DNA of 64,000 nucleotides from Blastocystis sp. Blastoise (Eukaryota; Protista; Bigyra: Opalinata). The stretch is from positions 434,001 through 498,000 of the forward strand of contig JBBPEB010000028.1 in the NCBI GenBank assembly GCA_039096225.1, given 5' to 3'. The notes beneath the pieces were generated by a model. It was not told where the DNA came from. It made no database searches and saw only the letters and a list, made by a program, of their open reading frames with translations. The translations under genes were made by a program, and so were the position numbers. This document shows positions 1 through 27,572 of the stretch, piece after piece. Position 1 is the stretch's first letter, and each line of letters begins with the position of its first letter.

Positions 1-7670
<7,670 letters not shown>

Positions 7671-8001
7671 ATTAGTTTATTTTCTTAAGTGATTTTATAT
7701 AAAAGCCTCTTGTATTAGTCTAAATAAATTAAACTGTTTTTTTTCTGTTTTTATCTTCATTTATTTTTGATTATTTTTTAAGTTTAGTGTGAATTTTTCT
7801 ATGATTCCACGGTTATTTTTTAATTCATGAAAAAAACAAAAAAACTTCAAATAGGAAAAAACAGTGACATTATTATTCCATTAGTTTTCATTTGTTCCAC
7901 GGAATTTCATGTAAAAACACCTCAGAAAACAATTGAAATCATGGAACAAAAAAAAAGTGAATCAATCTTATGAAGCTTTTATTCTTTTATGCATCTAAAA
8001 C
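7671..8001. promoter_or_regulatory. Bidirectional promoter region between VPS13B-like and mS33
   Basis: 331 bp between divergent ATGs. Two TTCCACGG sites (CCACGG at 7807 and 7897). Confidence 0.55.
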
Positions 8002-8460
8002 ATGGCTCAAGTGTTTTATCCAAAGGCTTTTCGTCAGTTAGGTGCAAAGATCTTTGGTAATCTACCGAATGATTCTGTTCTCTCCACAGGTATCAAAGCA
8101 ATTAGGAATCCAAATGAGAAATATAAGGTTCAATTCTATTATCCTAGATCCTACAAGTCTATTATGAGAGAGCCTTTGAAATACAATACAGATAATTTCA
8201 TTTTGAATGGTTATCGTCCTTATCAATGGTATCAATACAATGAAATGGAAGCTAATGCTATGTTAAAGAAAGATATGGGACTTCTTAAACCTGAAGAGAA
8301 GTTTATTTATGCTGATAATAAAGTACGTAAACCAGTAAATGGTGGTTTAGCTGCTCGTTATCCTTCTGAAGAAGATGTATATTGGGATCGTAAAGCTAGA
8401 AAGATGCATCTACAAGGAAGAGGTCCACCAAAGAAGGGTGAAAAGAGAAGATCAAAGTAG
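8002..8460 (+). CDS. MRPS33: Mitochondrial small-subunit ribosomal protein mS33 (RSM27/MRPS33 family), intronless
   Basis: N-terminal AKIFG, internal YYP and C-terminal GRGPPKKGE are the family hallmarks. Confidence 0.85.
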   Translation: MAQVFYPKAFRQLGAKIFGNLPNDSVLSTGIKAIRNPNEKYKVQFYYPRSYKSIMREPLKYNTDNFILNGYRPYQWYQYNEMEANAMLKKDMGLLKPEEKFIYADNKVRKPVNGGLAARYPSEEDVYWDRKARKMHLQGRGPPKKGEKRRSK

Positions 8461-8852
8461 TTTTATTTTTTGTAGTTTGTGTTGTTTCTTTTCCTTTTTA
8501 TATATACATATTTTTGTTAATATTATATATTGGAATGACGTATCTTTTCTATCTTTTTCTATTGTCAAAGTATTGTTATTTTTTATTAAATAGTCTTTAT
8601 TACATTATTATTTTTATGGGTTTTTGCTTTATGTAATTCATTGTTTTGTTTGTGATTGAAAGAATTAAATATAGTTTAATAGCTATTAGTTTTTAATATA
8701 ATTCATATGATATATATTAGAAGAAAAAGAATATGAATATATGCTATTTATATTCCAAATAGAATTAGAAAACCAACAGATGTATTCATTATAAACAAAA
8801 AAAAAACACTTTATATCAACAATTATTTAAAAAACGAAAAGAAATCGAAACT

Positions 8853-11620
8853 TTATAAAATATACTTATGATAATCATTACTACTTGTAGCTAAAGGATT
8901 CATTATTTTTTGTATATAATCTACATCAACAATTACCTATATATATAATTGTTATATATATATATATATGTTTATATATTTCCGTACTTTTTGATTTTTA
9001 TATTTTTCAGAATTGAAAGAGAATTCTTCAACAACGGATTCCACAACTATATATATGAGTATTTTAATAATGATAAAAGAATATTTAAAAAATATAATAA
9101 TAAAAGAATGTTTAAAAAATATAATGATAAAAGAATATTTAAAAAATATAATAATACATGTAATATTAAAAAATATAATAAAATATAATATATAATAATA
9201 TACCACTATGAAGTCGACGCGCACCAATATTTTCATGAGTTTCGTTCATCAAATAAGAGAATCGTGCCATTTCTTTTAAGCTTTCATCTGTGAATTCTAA
9301 GTCAATATCTTCTGTTTTTAGTAATAATGTTTGTTGTTGAATAAGATTCAATTCAGGTTCTTTTAGAATTCTATATAATTCAGATTCTGTCAGAGCTTTT
9401 AAGTCGACACGAATTGGGAATCTTCCCTAGAAGAGACAAAAGTCAAATAATCATGATTATTTATGATATTTATGATATATATGATATATATATATATATA
9501 TTTATGATATATATATACTTGTAATTCAGGTAGAAGATCATTATATTTTGATTCATGGAATGCTCCTGCAGATATAAATAAAATATGATTTGTATTCACA
9601 GGACCATATCTATATATATATATATATGTTATAGTATATTCTATACAAATATATATATAATAGAACTATAAATAATAGAGAATATAATAGTAAATATAGA
9701 ATAAAGAATATACTTTGTATTCACAACAGTTCCTTCAACGAGAGGTAATAAATCGCGTTGAACACCTTCACTAGAAGCATCTGAGTTATGTTTACTTCCC
9801 ACGGTAATTAGCTTATCAATTTCATCAATAAACACAATACCATTCTGTTCTGTCATACGAACAGCTTCTTCTTCAATATCCCCGCGGGAAATCAACTTGT
9901 CGATTTCTGCTTGTTTCATCAAAGGACGTGCGTCACGTACTTTCTTCATCACCTTCTTCTTGGCACCTCCTCCCTATATAGAATAATAATAAGTATAATA
10001 ATAATAAGTGTAATAAGTATAATAAACATAATAATAATAAAAATGAGTATAATAATAATAAAAATGAGTATAATAAGCATATATATATGAATACAAGGAG
10101 AGACATAATATCCAGTCCAACAGCCATTCCATTACCTAAATCTTGCATTTCTAAAGAATAATCATGGGAATAATAAGAATATTATATATATATATATATA
10201 CGTGGACCACTTGATTTCTTGGCGGGAACTTCAACTGGAATTAATGATTCTTCTAATTCGCCTTTTTCTAAGCTTTGTTTATAGATTTCATAACCAAAAT
10301 TATTATCTTTTGTAAAATATTTTATTATTTTTTCATTAACAATAGTATCTAGATTATTATCATTAATATTATTTAATCGCTTTTTACACAAACGCATCGA
10401 ACTCTCTGTAAGGTCTCTACATATAGTATTATTATTATATATATAGTAATAATAATATATTTTAATAACAAATATAATTATAATAATAAATATAATCATA
10501 ATAATATATTTTAATAACAAATATAATCATAATAATAAATTTAATCATAATAATATATTTTAGCAATAAATATAATCATAATAATAAATATAATCATAAT
10601 AATAAATTTAATCATAATAATATATTTTAGCAACAAATATAACCATAATAATAAATATAATCATAATAATAAATATAATCAAAATAATAAATATAGTCAT
10701 AATAATATATACTTGATAATCGTTTCGACATCTTTTCCATAATAACCAACTTCAGTATACTTTGTAGCTTCTGCCTTGACAAAGGGTGCGTCACTAATGC
10801 TAGCTAAACGACGACATAACTCTGATTTACCTATATAATAATAATAATAACTTATATACAAATATATATAAATAATAATAATTTATATATATAATAAATA
10901 AATAATAATAATAATTTATATACCACAACCCGTGGGTCCAGTCATAATAATATTTTTTGGATACACTTCATTCTATATATATATAATAATAATAATAATT
11001 AAAAATAAAAACTATATATATCTATACTTGAACATTATTGGGTAATTGAAGTCTTCTCCAACGATTTCGAAGAGCTACTGAAACGGCCTTCTTGGCTTCC
11101 GTTTGACCAATCACATATTTATTTAATAATTCTACAGTCTATATATATTGAAAACGAATAGAAATTGTAATAATATAAGATTAGTATATGAACATATTGA
11201 ACCTAAATATATTTATTAAATACTTCACTGGGAGTATAGTTCACTTGACCTTTTCTGATTAAACCTAATAATTAAAGAAAATAACATTTATAAAACAAAA
11301 ACATTTTTGAGAGAACAAATATCAAAATACTTATTGGATCAGAAATAAGAGTATTAATCTTCTTGTTTTCAGATTCTTCTTCTTCCTCTGCTTCACTACT
11401 ACGGAAAACAAAAGGATCATGTTCAGCACCTTCACCTCTAAAGAATTAGAAATATATTTATATTAATTAACATAGTAATGGAATATAAAAGAAAAAATTA
11501 CAAGCATGATTCGCAACCAAATTGTCTGGAAAAGTTTCTTAATGAACGAATACTCTGTTGATTCATAAGATATTTCGCCTTAGATAAGGTTCTAGAAGCA
11601 AAAATATTTACAAAACTCAT
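8853..11620 (-). CDS. hslU: HslU (ClpY) AAA+ ATPase subunit of the HslUV protease, with N-terminal mitochondrial-type presequence; multi-exon
   Basis: Spliced motifs [21 protein letters not shown], Walker [25 protein letters not shown], Walker [28 protein letters not shown] and C-terminal KYIL*. Arg/Ser-rich N-terminus without acidic residues. Confidence 0.95.
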
Positions 11621-12419
11621 TCTTGTTCACTTTCTCTTGACTTATTGACGAAATAGAATGTCAAAAAGAAAAAATTGAAAAAAAAAGAGAATTGTTATCA
11701 AATAATCCCGTTTTTTCATTCACTTTTTATATTTACAATTTTTTCTTGTCTCTAAGCTTAATTGTGACTATTATTTCTTCATTTATATTTCAAATGAGGT
11801 AAACAAAACATTTCTCTAATGGCAATCATTTATTCATAAAAATATAGAAATTTCTTTTTATTTATTATCATCGATTTATCATTTTGCTGATTTCTTTATA
11901 TGCACTAAAACTCAAATTCCATTATGGTATCAATCAAAAAAACAAATTAATAACATTAGCAGGAAAAAAAAACAAAACTGAAGATATAAAGAATATTCTG
12001 AATTATACTTTTCATATATTCATTTATAATACTATCTACTATATAGATCATATATATTCAATTGAAAATAGAACCAAAATAAGATCACAAGTCTTCGTAA
12101 GTATCGAAAAATCCGAATTCTTGTTCTTATTTCATTTCTTTAGGATAAATAGACCATTCTGAGCTATACATAAACAAGATATTTCTTATGAATCACTTAT
12201 ACAATAGTAAAAAGAAAACTTACAAAGTTTCTATGGAAAAACATACGGATTTGGGACTATTTATTTAGATAATCACGGTATTCCATGAACAGTGGGAAGA
12301 ATCAATTTCATATCTATTTTTTTTTGTTTTAGACAACTTTATTCTAAAGCAAGTCACCAATTATATCGAATAGAGTATTCTTAGAAGAACTTGTTTTTGT
12401 ATATTGTATAGAATAGAAA

Positions 12420-13871
12420 ATGTATTCGGTAACAGCTGAAGTCTATACATCCAAGCCTTCAACAAAATGTGTTGTACCACTTGCAGGTGAAAAGAATGCA
12501 AATCGTTTCTTATTTGCTTCTTGTAATATACAAAATGGAAATGAAATTCATCTTGTCGAATATGACGAGAAAGCTTCAAGAGTGTTTTGCGAACGTATTT
12601 ATGAACATGAATCTGAAATTGTCAATATGTCTCCATGTCCTTATGACCCTTCTATTGTAGCTATTATAAGTAGAAATGAAGAACGTATGTTTTATGCATT
12701 CATATTGAATATTTATTATATAATGAATTTTAACTCATATAAGTTTTTTTTTTAAATATTAATTCATTTTTTATATAGATAAGAATGTAGGTAAATTATA
12801 TAAAATAACAAAATTACCTGTTTCTCTTCAAACTGAAGAAAAAGAAGATATTATTACTCCAAGTAATGCTAAAGAGGAAATAGCTACTTCTAAAGAAGAA
12901 ATTATTATTGGACCTCCTAATGAACTTCCTTTAGAATCATCTCTTAATAGTCCCGCGGGAATGTCTGCAGAGGGATTGATTGATGGACCTATTGATCCTC
13001 TTCTTGGTGTTCCTGTACGAGAGGGTCTTTTAACACCTACACCTGCTCCTGACGAGGATCATATCTCTATTCCTACTAATGATCTTCCAATTGAAAATCA
13101 AGAAGTCAAAAATAATTCAACTGAAACTGTTCAAGAAGAAATATCTGAATCAAATAATGAAATACCTGCTGAAATACCTGCTGAAAATGCTGAATCTGCT
13201 GCTGAATCTGGTCCTATTGCTGATGTTGTTGAAGCAGAAACAATTACTGAATCTACTGAAATTATTCCTGAAGGACCTAAAGAAGAAGGTATGCTTATTA
13301 TTATATGTTTATTATATATTTATTATTATGTTTATTATTATATGTTTATTATTATATTTATTATTATATTTATTATTATATATTTATTATTATTATAATA
13401 TAGATATTAAGATAGAAGAAGAAGAAGATCAAATTGAAGAATCATCAAAGGTATTCTTTATGTATATATATTATTAATATATATAAATAGATTCAAGAAG
13501 AAATGGTTGAAGAAGAAGATGACAGTCAACCTGAACTTATATATATATGTGATATTCCAGGAGAAGGAATTATAGATGTATTATGGCATCCTGAATTATT
13601 AGAAACTGCTGATCATCCTCATTCATTTATATGTATATATAACCACGGTTATTCATATTATCGTATTCTTGAAGATTCTTCATTAGAGGTATATATATAT
13701 AATTATGTTATATTATATATATATATTTATATATATATATAGGAGATAGATAGTTTCCCTATCGAGAAAGTCGTTCATGCCGCTTCTTGGGATCCTCTTC
13801 ATCCCTTGTATTTATGTGTAGCTGCGGATGAAGATGTACTCCTTATCAATATACAAACTAAACAGTATATA

Positions 13872-13923
<52 letters not shown>

Positions 13924-14658
13924 ATATATTAATATATATTAATATATATATAGAATAGAGAATATGATTGTGAAAGCTCATAACGGTAGTTGTTTATGTA
14001 TAACTCATAATCCAAATAATCCATGGTATATAGCTACAGGAGGAGAAGATGGATATGTTAATATATGGGTATTTAATAATAATCATAATTGTGAACTTAA
14101 GAAAACTCTTCTTGGACATACACATTGGTAGATATATATTACTACATATTTTATATTATTATATTATTATATTATTATATTATTATATATATTATTATTA
14201 TATTATTATTATATTATTATATATTATTACATATTATTATATTATTATATATTATTATAATTATATATCTTATTCTATATAGGGTTACTTCTGTTCATTT
14301 CAATCCTGTATATGATCAGTTCATTCTTTCTTCTTCCACGGATTGTAGTTTATATTTATGGAAATCATTCTCTACTTCATCTTCTATACACAAAGATATT
14401 GAGTATATATATATATTGCTATTATTATTATTATACTAATAAAAAGAATGATTACCTATAAATAATAATAACTATATCTATAAAATCTTTAGAGATCAAG
14501 CAGATGGCTTATTAATTAATTTGGAAGGTGTCAATGCCTCTATATATTCTAGTGCATGGAGCCCTAAATTACCGTGGTTATTCTGTGGTGCTGGATATGA
14601 TGGTAAATTATACTTTGGTCATATTCCTAAAGATGAAGTCAATTTATCTTTATTCTAA
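12420..14658 (+). CDS. EIPR1: EIPR1/TSSC1 (EARP/GARP-interacting WD40 protein); multi-exon
   Basis: N-terminal RFLFASCNIQNGNEIHLVEYDE...YEHESEI matches TSSC1. WD repeats HNPNNPWYIATGGEDG, GHTHWVTSVHFNPVYDQFILSSSTD and SIYSSAWS. Confidence 0.85.
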
Positions 14659-14659
14659 A

Positions 14660-14705
<46 letters not shown>

Positions 14706-15102
14706 AATCCTATATTAAATATACATATATATATAGACAATCAAAAATACTATTCAAATCAATTTTATTTTATGTTTTAAAACTATTTATTTATGAACCA
14801 ATCTAAATATATATATATAATTATGTATAAGCATTATTGTAATATTATTTTCTTTTCTCTTTTTATAGAAGTTGATTGTTTTGTTAATTTTATTAATTTT
14901 TTGATATCTATATAACATATTATCTCTATTAAAAAAAATACCTATCACTTAATGAACACAAACAAAACATATATATTAGTATAAACAAAAACATAGAATT
15001 CATTTTAAAAATAAATACAATTTCATATATAAATATATATCCTAACACATATAGAAAGAAGAATTAAAACAATATTTAATATATATATAGAATAACACGT
15101 AT

Positions 15103-15802
15103 TTATGTAACTTTTCTGGCGATATTCTTATATCCACTACCAATACCTCGTACAATGACGCTATGTGTTTCATTATCTTCTTCTAAACGGAATGAAACAC
15201 CCACAAATTCTTTAATTAAACGTAATAACTATATATTAAAGATATATATATGATAGTATAAAAATAGAATAAAATAAAATTAAGAGAATTCTATATAATA
15301 TATATATCAATATACTTTAATAGAATTATCAGTGATCTCACCAAATCGAATCTTGGAAACGTCCCGCGGGGAAAAAGCGAAAAGAATTAAATGAAGTCCT
15401 TGATGAAGACTATCGATACAACCGCCACGATGAATCTCCTCTAATAATAACTATATAGTTATTTATATAATTATAGTGTTATATATATAATTATAGTATT
15501 ATATATAGTAATATATATATATATAATTCTATAGTTATATATATAATTATAGTGTTATATATAGTAATATATATATATATAATTCTATATATAACTCTAT
15601 ATATACATGAGCTACTTGTTTTCCTAGATCTTCTGGAAGCATGCCAATTCCCGCCATTAATTCCGTGGTATATTCATAATCTGTTGTAGTTTCTCCAATA
15701 AGAGTGCATCCATAGCCCGGGCTATTTCCCGCCTTTGCACCTGTGTAATGATCCGTAAATATATGACTAGAGAAAGTGAGGTAAGAATAAAGAATATATA
15801 TA

Positions 15803-15833
<31 letters not shown>

Positions 15834-16512
15834 AGATATAGATATATACACATCAGGTATAAAATGATTAAAAACTTCTCTGCAAGAATCTACAATTCGA
15901 TTACCAAACTATATAATAATAATAATAAATACGTAGTGCCATCATAAGTAGTATAGTTAATTCTATATATATATACTTGAGGAGAGACTCTCATACTATA
16001 TGTGATACCTCTTATTTTCTTAACTACTCCTACATCTAATAGTTCACAATGTTCTAATTCTCTTACTGTGGGCATCTCCATATATACTTCACCTCCACCC
16101 TATATATAGAGAGAAGAGATAAAACATTATATATAGAAAAAGAAAACGAAGAAGATATAGAACATAATAAATAGAAGAAAGAAGAAGATATAGAACATTA
16201 TATATAGAAGAATAGAAATAAAAGAAATAGAAAAAGAAGAGGATATTCATAATAAATAGAAGAAGAAATAGAAGAAAAATATATATTAATAATAAATAGA
16301 AGAAAACACGATATAGTAAAAATAATAAATAATAATAATAATATTAATAAAAAAAAACAATAATAATATAATTATACATTAGGATAGCATCCTCTCTTCT
16401 TAATAGCTAAAGAGGCTCCCTCAGTGATCCCCCAATATTTGAGGGATGGGAGGGTCACAATTCGAAGAATATCTACACTGATATCAATATCATTATTTGT
16501 TACACCCTATAT

Positions 16513-16543
<31 letters not shown>

Positions 16544-16960
16544 ATAATATAAAATAAATGAATATTAAATAGAAATTAAAATAGTTCTAATCTATTTTTA
16601 TGGATATACAGTGAATGTAATGTAAGAGGATTGTTTTCCAAAGATAAGTAATGGAATAATTCCCATAGCATAATATCCAATACCTCTTTCTTTATCACAA
16701 TCAAAAGTATGTTTCCCTCCACGAATGAATCCTGGATTATACATTACACGAGTACCTGTTTCATTAATATCTATCTTAGAACCTGTAGATACTGCATCGA
16801 CAAGTTTAAGGAAACTAATCTCATAGGGTTTTAATCCAGGTTGCTCGTCCTTATCTCTTATGTTGGAGATAACGATTGGTTTCTTAAGTAATGTGGACAT
16901 AACAATTCGGTTACGAAATTGAGATGCTCCTTTGAAAGAATGAAATTGTATTTTTTCCAT
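15103..16960 (-). CDS. RCL1: RNA 3'-terminal phosphate cyclase-like protein Rcl1; multi-exon
   Basis: FKGASQFRNRIVMSTLLKKPIVISNIR, PGLKPYEISFLKL, RGIGYY, KKIRGITYSMRVSPQ, and a C-terminal GSGYKNIARKVT*. Confidence 0.93.
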
Positions 16961-17236
16961 ATTTATGAACAAGTGTAAATGGATAAAAATGGAATACTAA
17001 ATGAAAGGAAAAAGTTGTTTTTGAATAGAGTAATACTTTCCTAGAAAATTTGTTGGCAATTACTCTAAGTAAAAATTATTTTTCCGAGAAAAGTTGAATT
17101 TTTTACTTAAAATTTAAAAAATACTGTTAAACTCATCTTGTTATTTCAATTTTTATTGAGACGAGTCAGAACCATTTTACTCATAATCGAATAGAAAAAA
17201 ACAAATTAAGGAGATTGCGAAAAATAATAAAAGAAA

Positions 17237-18505
17237 ATGTATTGTAGTGATGAAACTGGAAGTATAGTTGCAGATATTGGTAGCTCAATGTGCAAATTTG
17301 GATTTGGTGGTGAAGATGTACCTCGATGTGTGTTTCCTTCTGTATTTTATTGATTTATTTTGTTTAATTTATTTATTATAATATATATATATTTTTTAAA
17401 ACTTACATAATCATATAAATATGTAGGTATATGGTTGTGTTCCTCAAGAAAATAATAATTTATATGTTGGTCAGGAAGCTGTTGATTATAGACGTGATAA
17501 AATGCAGATATGTCCTACTGTCTCTAATGGAGAATGTATATATTATAATACTAATCATTATTATACTGGGTATAATTACTATTATACTACTATAGTAAAG
17601 AATCATCAAGCCTATTCAAAGATTATGGAGACAGCTATTAATTACTCACTTAGTAGTAAGCAGGAGGATCATCCATTTCTTCTTATTGAAAGTCCTTTTA
17701 GTATTAATAAACAAAGAGAAGAACTCTTACAATTAATTATGGAAGAACAACGTTTTCCCGCCTGTTATTTTGCAAAGGCGCCAACGTGTATAACATATCT
17801 TTTATGTATTTTGATATATATTATTTATTTAGATATATATTATTTATTTTGATATATATTATATATTTAATTGTATATTTCTATCTATTTTATTATATTT
17901 GACTTTTAAAACTATATATATATAATTATTTCTTAATCTATTCACATTTGCCATGGGTCGTACAACGGCTTTAACGGTTGATATGGGTGCGTCAGAGATA
18001 CGCGTCAGTCCTGTTTGTGATGGATATACTCTTAAAGAATGTATATATATATATATATAGTTATATAACTATATATAACATATATATAACCATGTATATA
18101 TATAGCTAGTAAGTTATGTAGTATGGGAGGAGATTATATAGATACCTGCTTATATGAATATTTAACATCCAAACAAATCAATATTATTCCTCATTATATG
18201 GTCTCTACAAAGGTATATATATATATATGAGTTTTATAAGCATATTAATAAAAATATAATAATAAATATAATAATAAATATAATAAACATATAATAATAA
18301 ATATAATAATAATAAATATATAATAATAATTGTGTTTCTCTAGTTGGATAAGATGACGGGGGATCGTCAACGTATTATAACGGACTATCCTGCTGTTCAT
18401 CCTTCTTATAAAAAATATCAAATTATGAATATTGTCAGAGATATTAAAGAGACTTATTTACAAGTTTTTCCTAAATATACTACATTGTATATATATATAT
18501 ATAAT

Positions 18506-18559
<54 letters not shown>

Positions 18560-18846
18560 CATAGATTATCAACAGCCACAAAAGAGTACGAACTCCCCGA
18601 TGGCACGTGCATAAATCTAACGGATGAGGGTGTATATATTCCTGAAGTACTTATGAAAAATAATACTACTGATAGTAATAATAATAATTCATTAATTGAT
18701 GCAATATACTCATCTCTCGAAGCTTCTAATGTTGATGTATATATAGATATATATATCATGATTTATATATGTTTATAAATTATTATTATAATATTATGTC
18801 AATCTCTTCTTTTTCTCTCTCTATATACATATATGCTATTTATATA

Positions 18847-18936
<90 letters not shown>

Positions 18937-19390
18937 TTATATAGATTCGTAAGGAGTTATGTAGTAATATATTAGTAGGAGGAGGTTTAAGTCGATTGGC
19001 TAATATAAATGAACGAATCTATAATGAATTATATAATAAGATTAACAATGTATATATATTAACTATACTATATATTCTTAACTTAAAATATGCTATAAAA
19101 TAGATTATATTGACTCTATATATATGCTATATACTCTATTCATTATATATATAGACATTTAAATTAAAGGTATCTAGTCCTGAAAAGTATCATAAACAAT
19201 ATATCGCATGGCTTGGAGGATCTATATTAGTATATATATTTATATATATATTTATATAATATATTATGTATAAATTATTCTTCCTATTAATATATATATA
19301 TAGAGTTCTCTTGGAAGCTTCCAGAATCTTTGGATTTCAAAACAGGAGTATGACGAAGTCGGAACACAAATCATTTCTCAACGATGTTAA
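17237..19390 (+). CDS. ARP4: Nuclear actin-related protein 4 (ACTL6/BAF53 family); multi-exon
   Basis: MYCSDETGSIVADIGSSMCKFGFGGEDVPRCVFPS, YELPDG, and [26 protein letters not shown]. Confidence 0.85.
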
Positions 19391-19906
19391 TTTCTATGAT
19401 GTGAATCAATCTTATATATAAAGAATTCATTCTTCTTTTATACATATATCTTTTTTTTATTATAACTATATTATGTTGATTGCTATTTGAATTGTTTTGG
19501 TTTTTGTAGAATATTATTCATAAAAATAATTTATTAAACAATTGTTTTGTTATAAATATGCTTAAATTCGTTTTGGTTAACATATATAACAAATTTATAA
19601 ATTTTTACAATACTCTTAATAAAGTAATTTACTATTTACGCTGTTTTATATATATATACATAAATTCATATTAGAAACAATATAGTTATTTTTATGAATT
19701 TTAGAAAAGATACATATATAATAATGAATAATTTATTGGATGGCTCTGAAACGCATTTGTATATTAATAAAAACAGAACAACTTCACAATATTATATTAT
19801 CAATATACTCTGCTATCTACATAATTTATTAGTTAATTTATATACATAAATAACTCAATTATTTATTGGTTGATATTGTATTATGATATGATTCTTATGA
19901 AATATA

Positions 19907-24671
<4,765 letters not shown>

Positions 24672-25545
24672 AGATACAAAAAATATTTTTTAAAAATTTT
24701 AGTTATTTAAATTCTACTAGCCTATTGATTTTCTTTAGGAGTTATTCAGTGTCTTATTAGCTAAGTGAATATAAATATGCTAATGTGTCGAACAACTATT
24801 GAAGATTAGAAATCTTTGTTTTTTGATTTCACAAACAAGTAAGTATTATGATCAGATAAATATTCATATTTGCCTATTATTATGATCGAAAGAAAGGATT
24901 AAGAATGTGGTGACTTTTTGCTATTGGATTCAAGAAGAAATGAAACAAAACATATAATTTGTATTACTGGATATTTTGTTATTATTCGGTATATAGATAT
25001 GGTATTACTAAGAGTTCTTAGTGATAGTTTAATATATTTGTCATTAAAAGTAGTACTTTTACAGTTATAATATAGGAGATAAATAAGAATATAATGAATT
25101 TCAAAGAATATATACTATCTTATTAATATATATATATCTTGAGGATAAATAGTATATTATTATATATAATGAATTATAGTATTAATAAAAGTAGTAGTTG
25201 TTTAACAAGTAGGAAGAGACTATAATGTTTCAAGATTTAGAATAGAAACAATAAAATTTCGAAAGATTATCTTTTGAATAATAATTTGATTTTAAATAAT
25301 AGAAAATAATAAAATGAATAATAGGATTCAGGTTTTTTAGTTTTTTTTACAATTTTCAAAAGTTATATTGATCTTTAATTAAATTAATATGTATAAGATA
25401 ATTATATAAGAACAAAACAAATTGTTAACTAATTATTTTATATAAAAAATGGTGGATATATATATTAATATTTGTCATATAGTGATAAAATAGAAGAGAA
25501 ATATGATGAGAGCAAATAAGGTAATATATATATATATATATTATT

Positions 25546-26879
25546 TATGATAAATGGACATTTCTTAAAGAAGGAATAGTACAATATTCACCATTGACTT
25601 CTAAAGGAATATTCTTATATACAGCATTACCCGTCATATTTACTAAGAGTTCCTGAAGAATATAGTATAATAAATATATAATGAATATATATAAATAATA
25701 TATATAATAAATATATATAGTAATAAATATAATAATAAATCTATATAATAAATAAATATAATAATAAATCTATATAATATATATACAGGAGAAGCAGCAA
25801 GCCAAGAATTATTCTTTTTATTTAAGTTGATTTCTGTGCACTCCTTAACATCAAAGGATAAAGCGGGTAAAATACGAGAACCAATAGCAGCAGATTTAGG
25901 GGGCTCGACTATTTCAACTTGAGAATGATCTTCACTACAAGCACATAATACCATACCATGAGAAGGATAACCTTTCTATACATATATATTAATAATAATA
26001 ATAATAATATATATATACAAGAGCTTTTTCTTTGAGATTCGCAACAATAACAACACGTTTACCCTATATAATATATATATAAATAATATATATATATAAC
26101 ATATATATATAATATATATACCACAATATCTTCAGGTTTATAGAATTGCATGAGTCCACTCGCGATCTTTCGTACGGATCCCTCACCTAAATCAATCTCC
26201 TCACAAATAAGTTTATCAGCTTCTTCATGCTTCCAAGCCTATATATATAATATATATAATATATATAATATATATGATATATATAATATATATGTTTATA
26301 ATAAACTATATATATTTATAATAAACTATATATATATATATACCTTAACAATTTGACCTACTCTTAAATCAACATTACAAATAGGATCATTTTCATTTAA
26401 AGAAACTGTCTCTATTTTAGGAGCAACAACTTCTACAGAACTATATATAATAATAATAATAAATAATAAAATAAAAACATAATAAATAAAATAGAAATCA
26501 CATAAATGTAACAATAAATATACTAAAATCACATAAATAGAATAAAAACTATAAAAAAAAAATACCTTCTGCCTTCAGCACGTTCTAAAGATCTTAAGAG
26601 AATATTGATTCTATATTTTAATTTATCAATTTCTTCTTTAGTTTTTTCGGCAGTTTCTAAGGCACGAATTAAATGATTTATTCTGTAATCCTTCTTAGCT
26701 AAAGTGACTTTAAGTTCTTCATTCTCAGATTTTAAATTTTCATATTCTTCAGAATTGGCAAAAGCAGAATTTGATTCATTCTTTGCATTCATTTCGAGTT
26801 GGCTAATTTTCTTTTCAAGAATAACTAATTTCTCTTCAGCAACTTTAGCGCGTTGTTCTAAATCCTGATTACTTTCCAT
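25546..26879 (-). CDS. AIMP1: Aminoacyl-tRNA synthetase cofactor Arc1/AIMP1 (coiled coil plus EMAP II tRNA-binding domain); multi-exon
   Basis: N-terminal coiled coil with KYRINILLRSL. EMAPII/Trbp motifs VDLRVGQIVK, HEEADKLICEEIDLGE, SHGMVLCACS and VEPP. Confidence 0.85.
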
Positions 26880-27572
26880 TATTTACTCTAAAACATTTAT
26901 AAATAAATGGATCAGATCCACAAAACATACAATTTTATAAAACTCGTTAATACTAACGACAATTCAGAGTGTAAACCTAAATAAAAACAATCAATGATTT
27001 TTTTTTATTTTCCTTGTCATTAAGGCTAGAAGACGTAAATTGCGGTTATTTCACCACTTTAACATATTTTCTTGAAATAACAATGAAGAGAAGGTCAATT
27101 CTTTTTTCTTTCTTTTTATATAAATTAATTTGATTTTTTTGCAATAAACTTTTCTATTTAGTTGTTCTAGTTCAAGTCAATATCATCGAAATATAATTAT
27201 TTCGTTGATTGAATCACTTTGACTAACAAATAACGCTTTTTATTGTGTTTGGTGATTGCTCTGTTACTGAAAGAAGACAAACTAGAAGAAACAAAAAAAT
27301 AAAACGACATAGCAAAGTGTATTTATCTCAAAAAACAAATATAAAACTGACTATTGACTGAAAGTACTATTCATGGGAAACCATAACTTTATAAATAAAA
27401 TTCAAATAATAATCATAAATATTCAAAAACACATTTGACGTAATTCTTTTTCTCTCTTACGAATTCGGTCAATTCTATTTGAGAACATTTTTTCATTATT
27501 TTTTTATGGCTTTTCTTTGATATTTATAGCCAATTCTATTTTTAAATACTTTATACAAAGAAAGTATATAAT

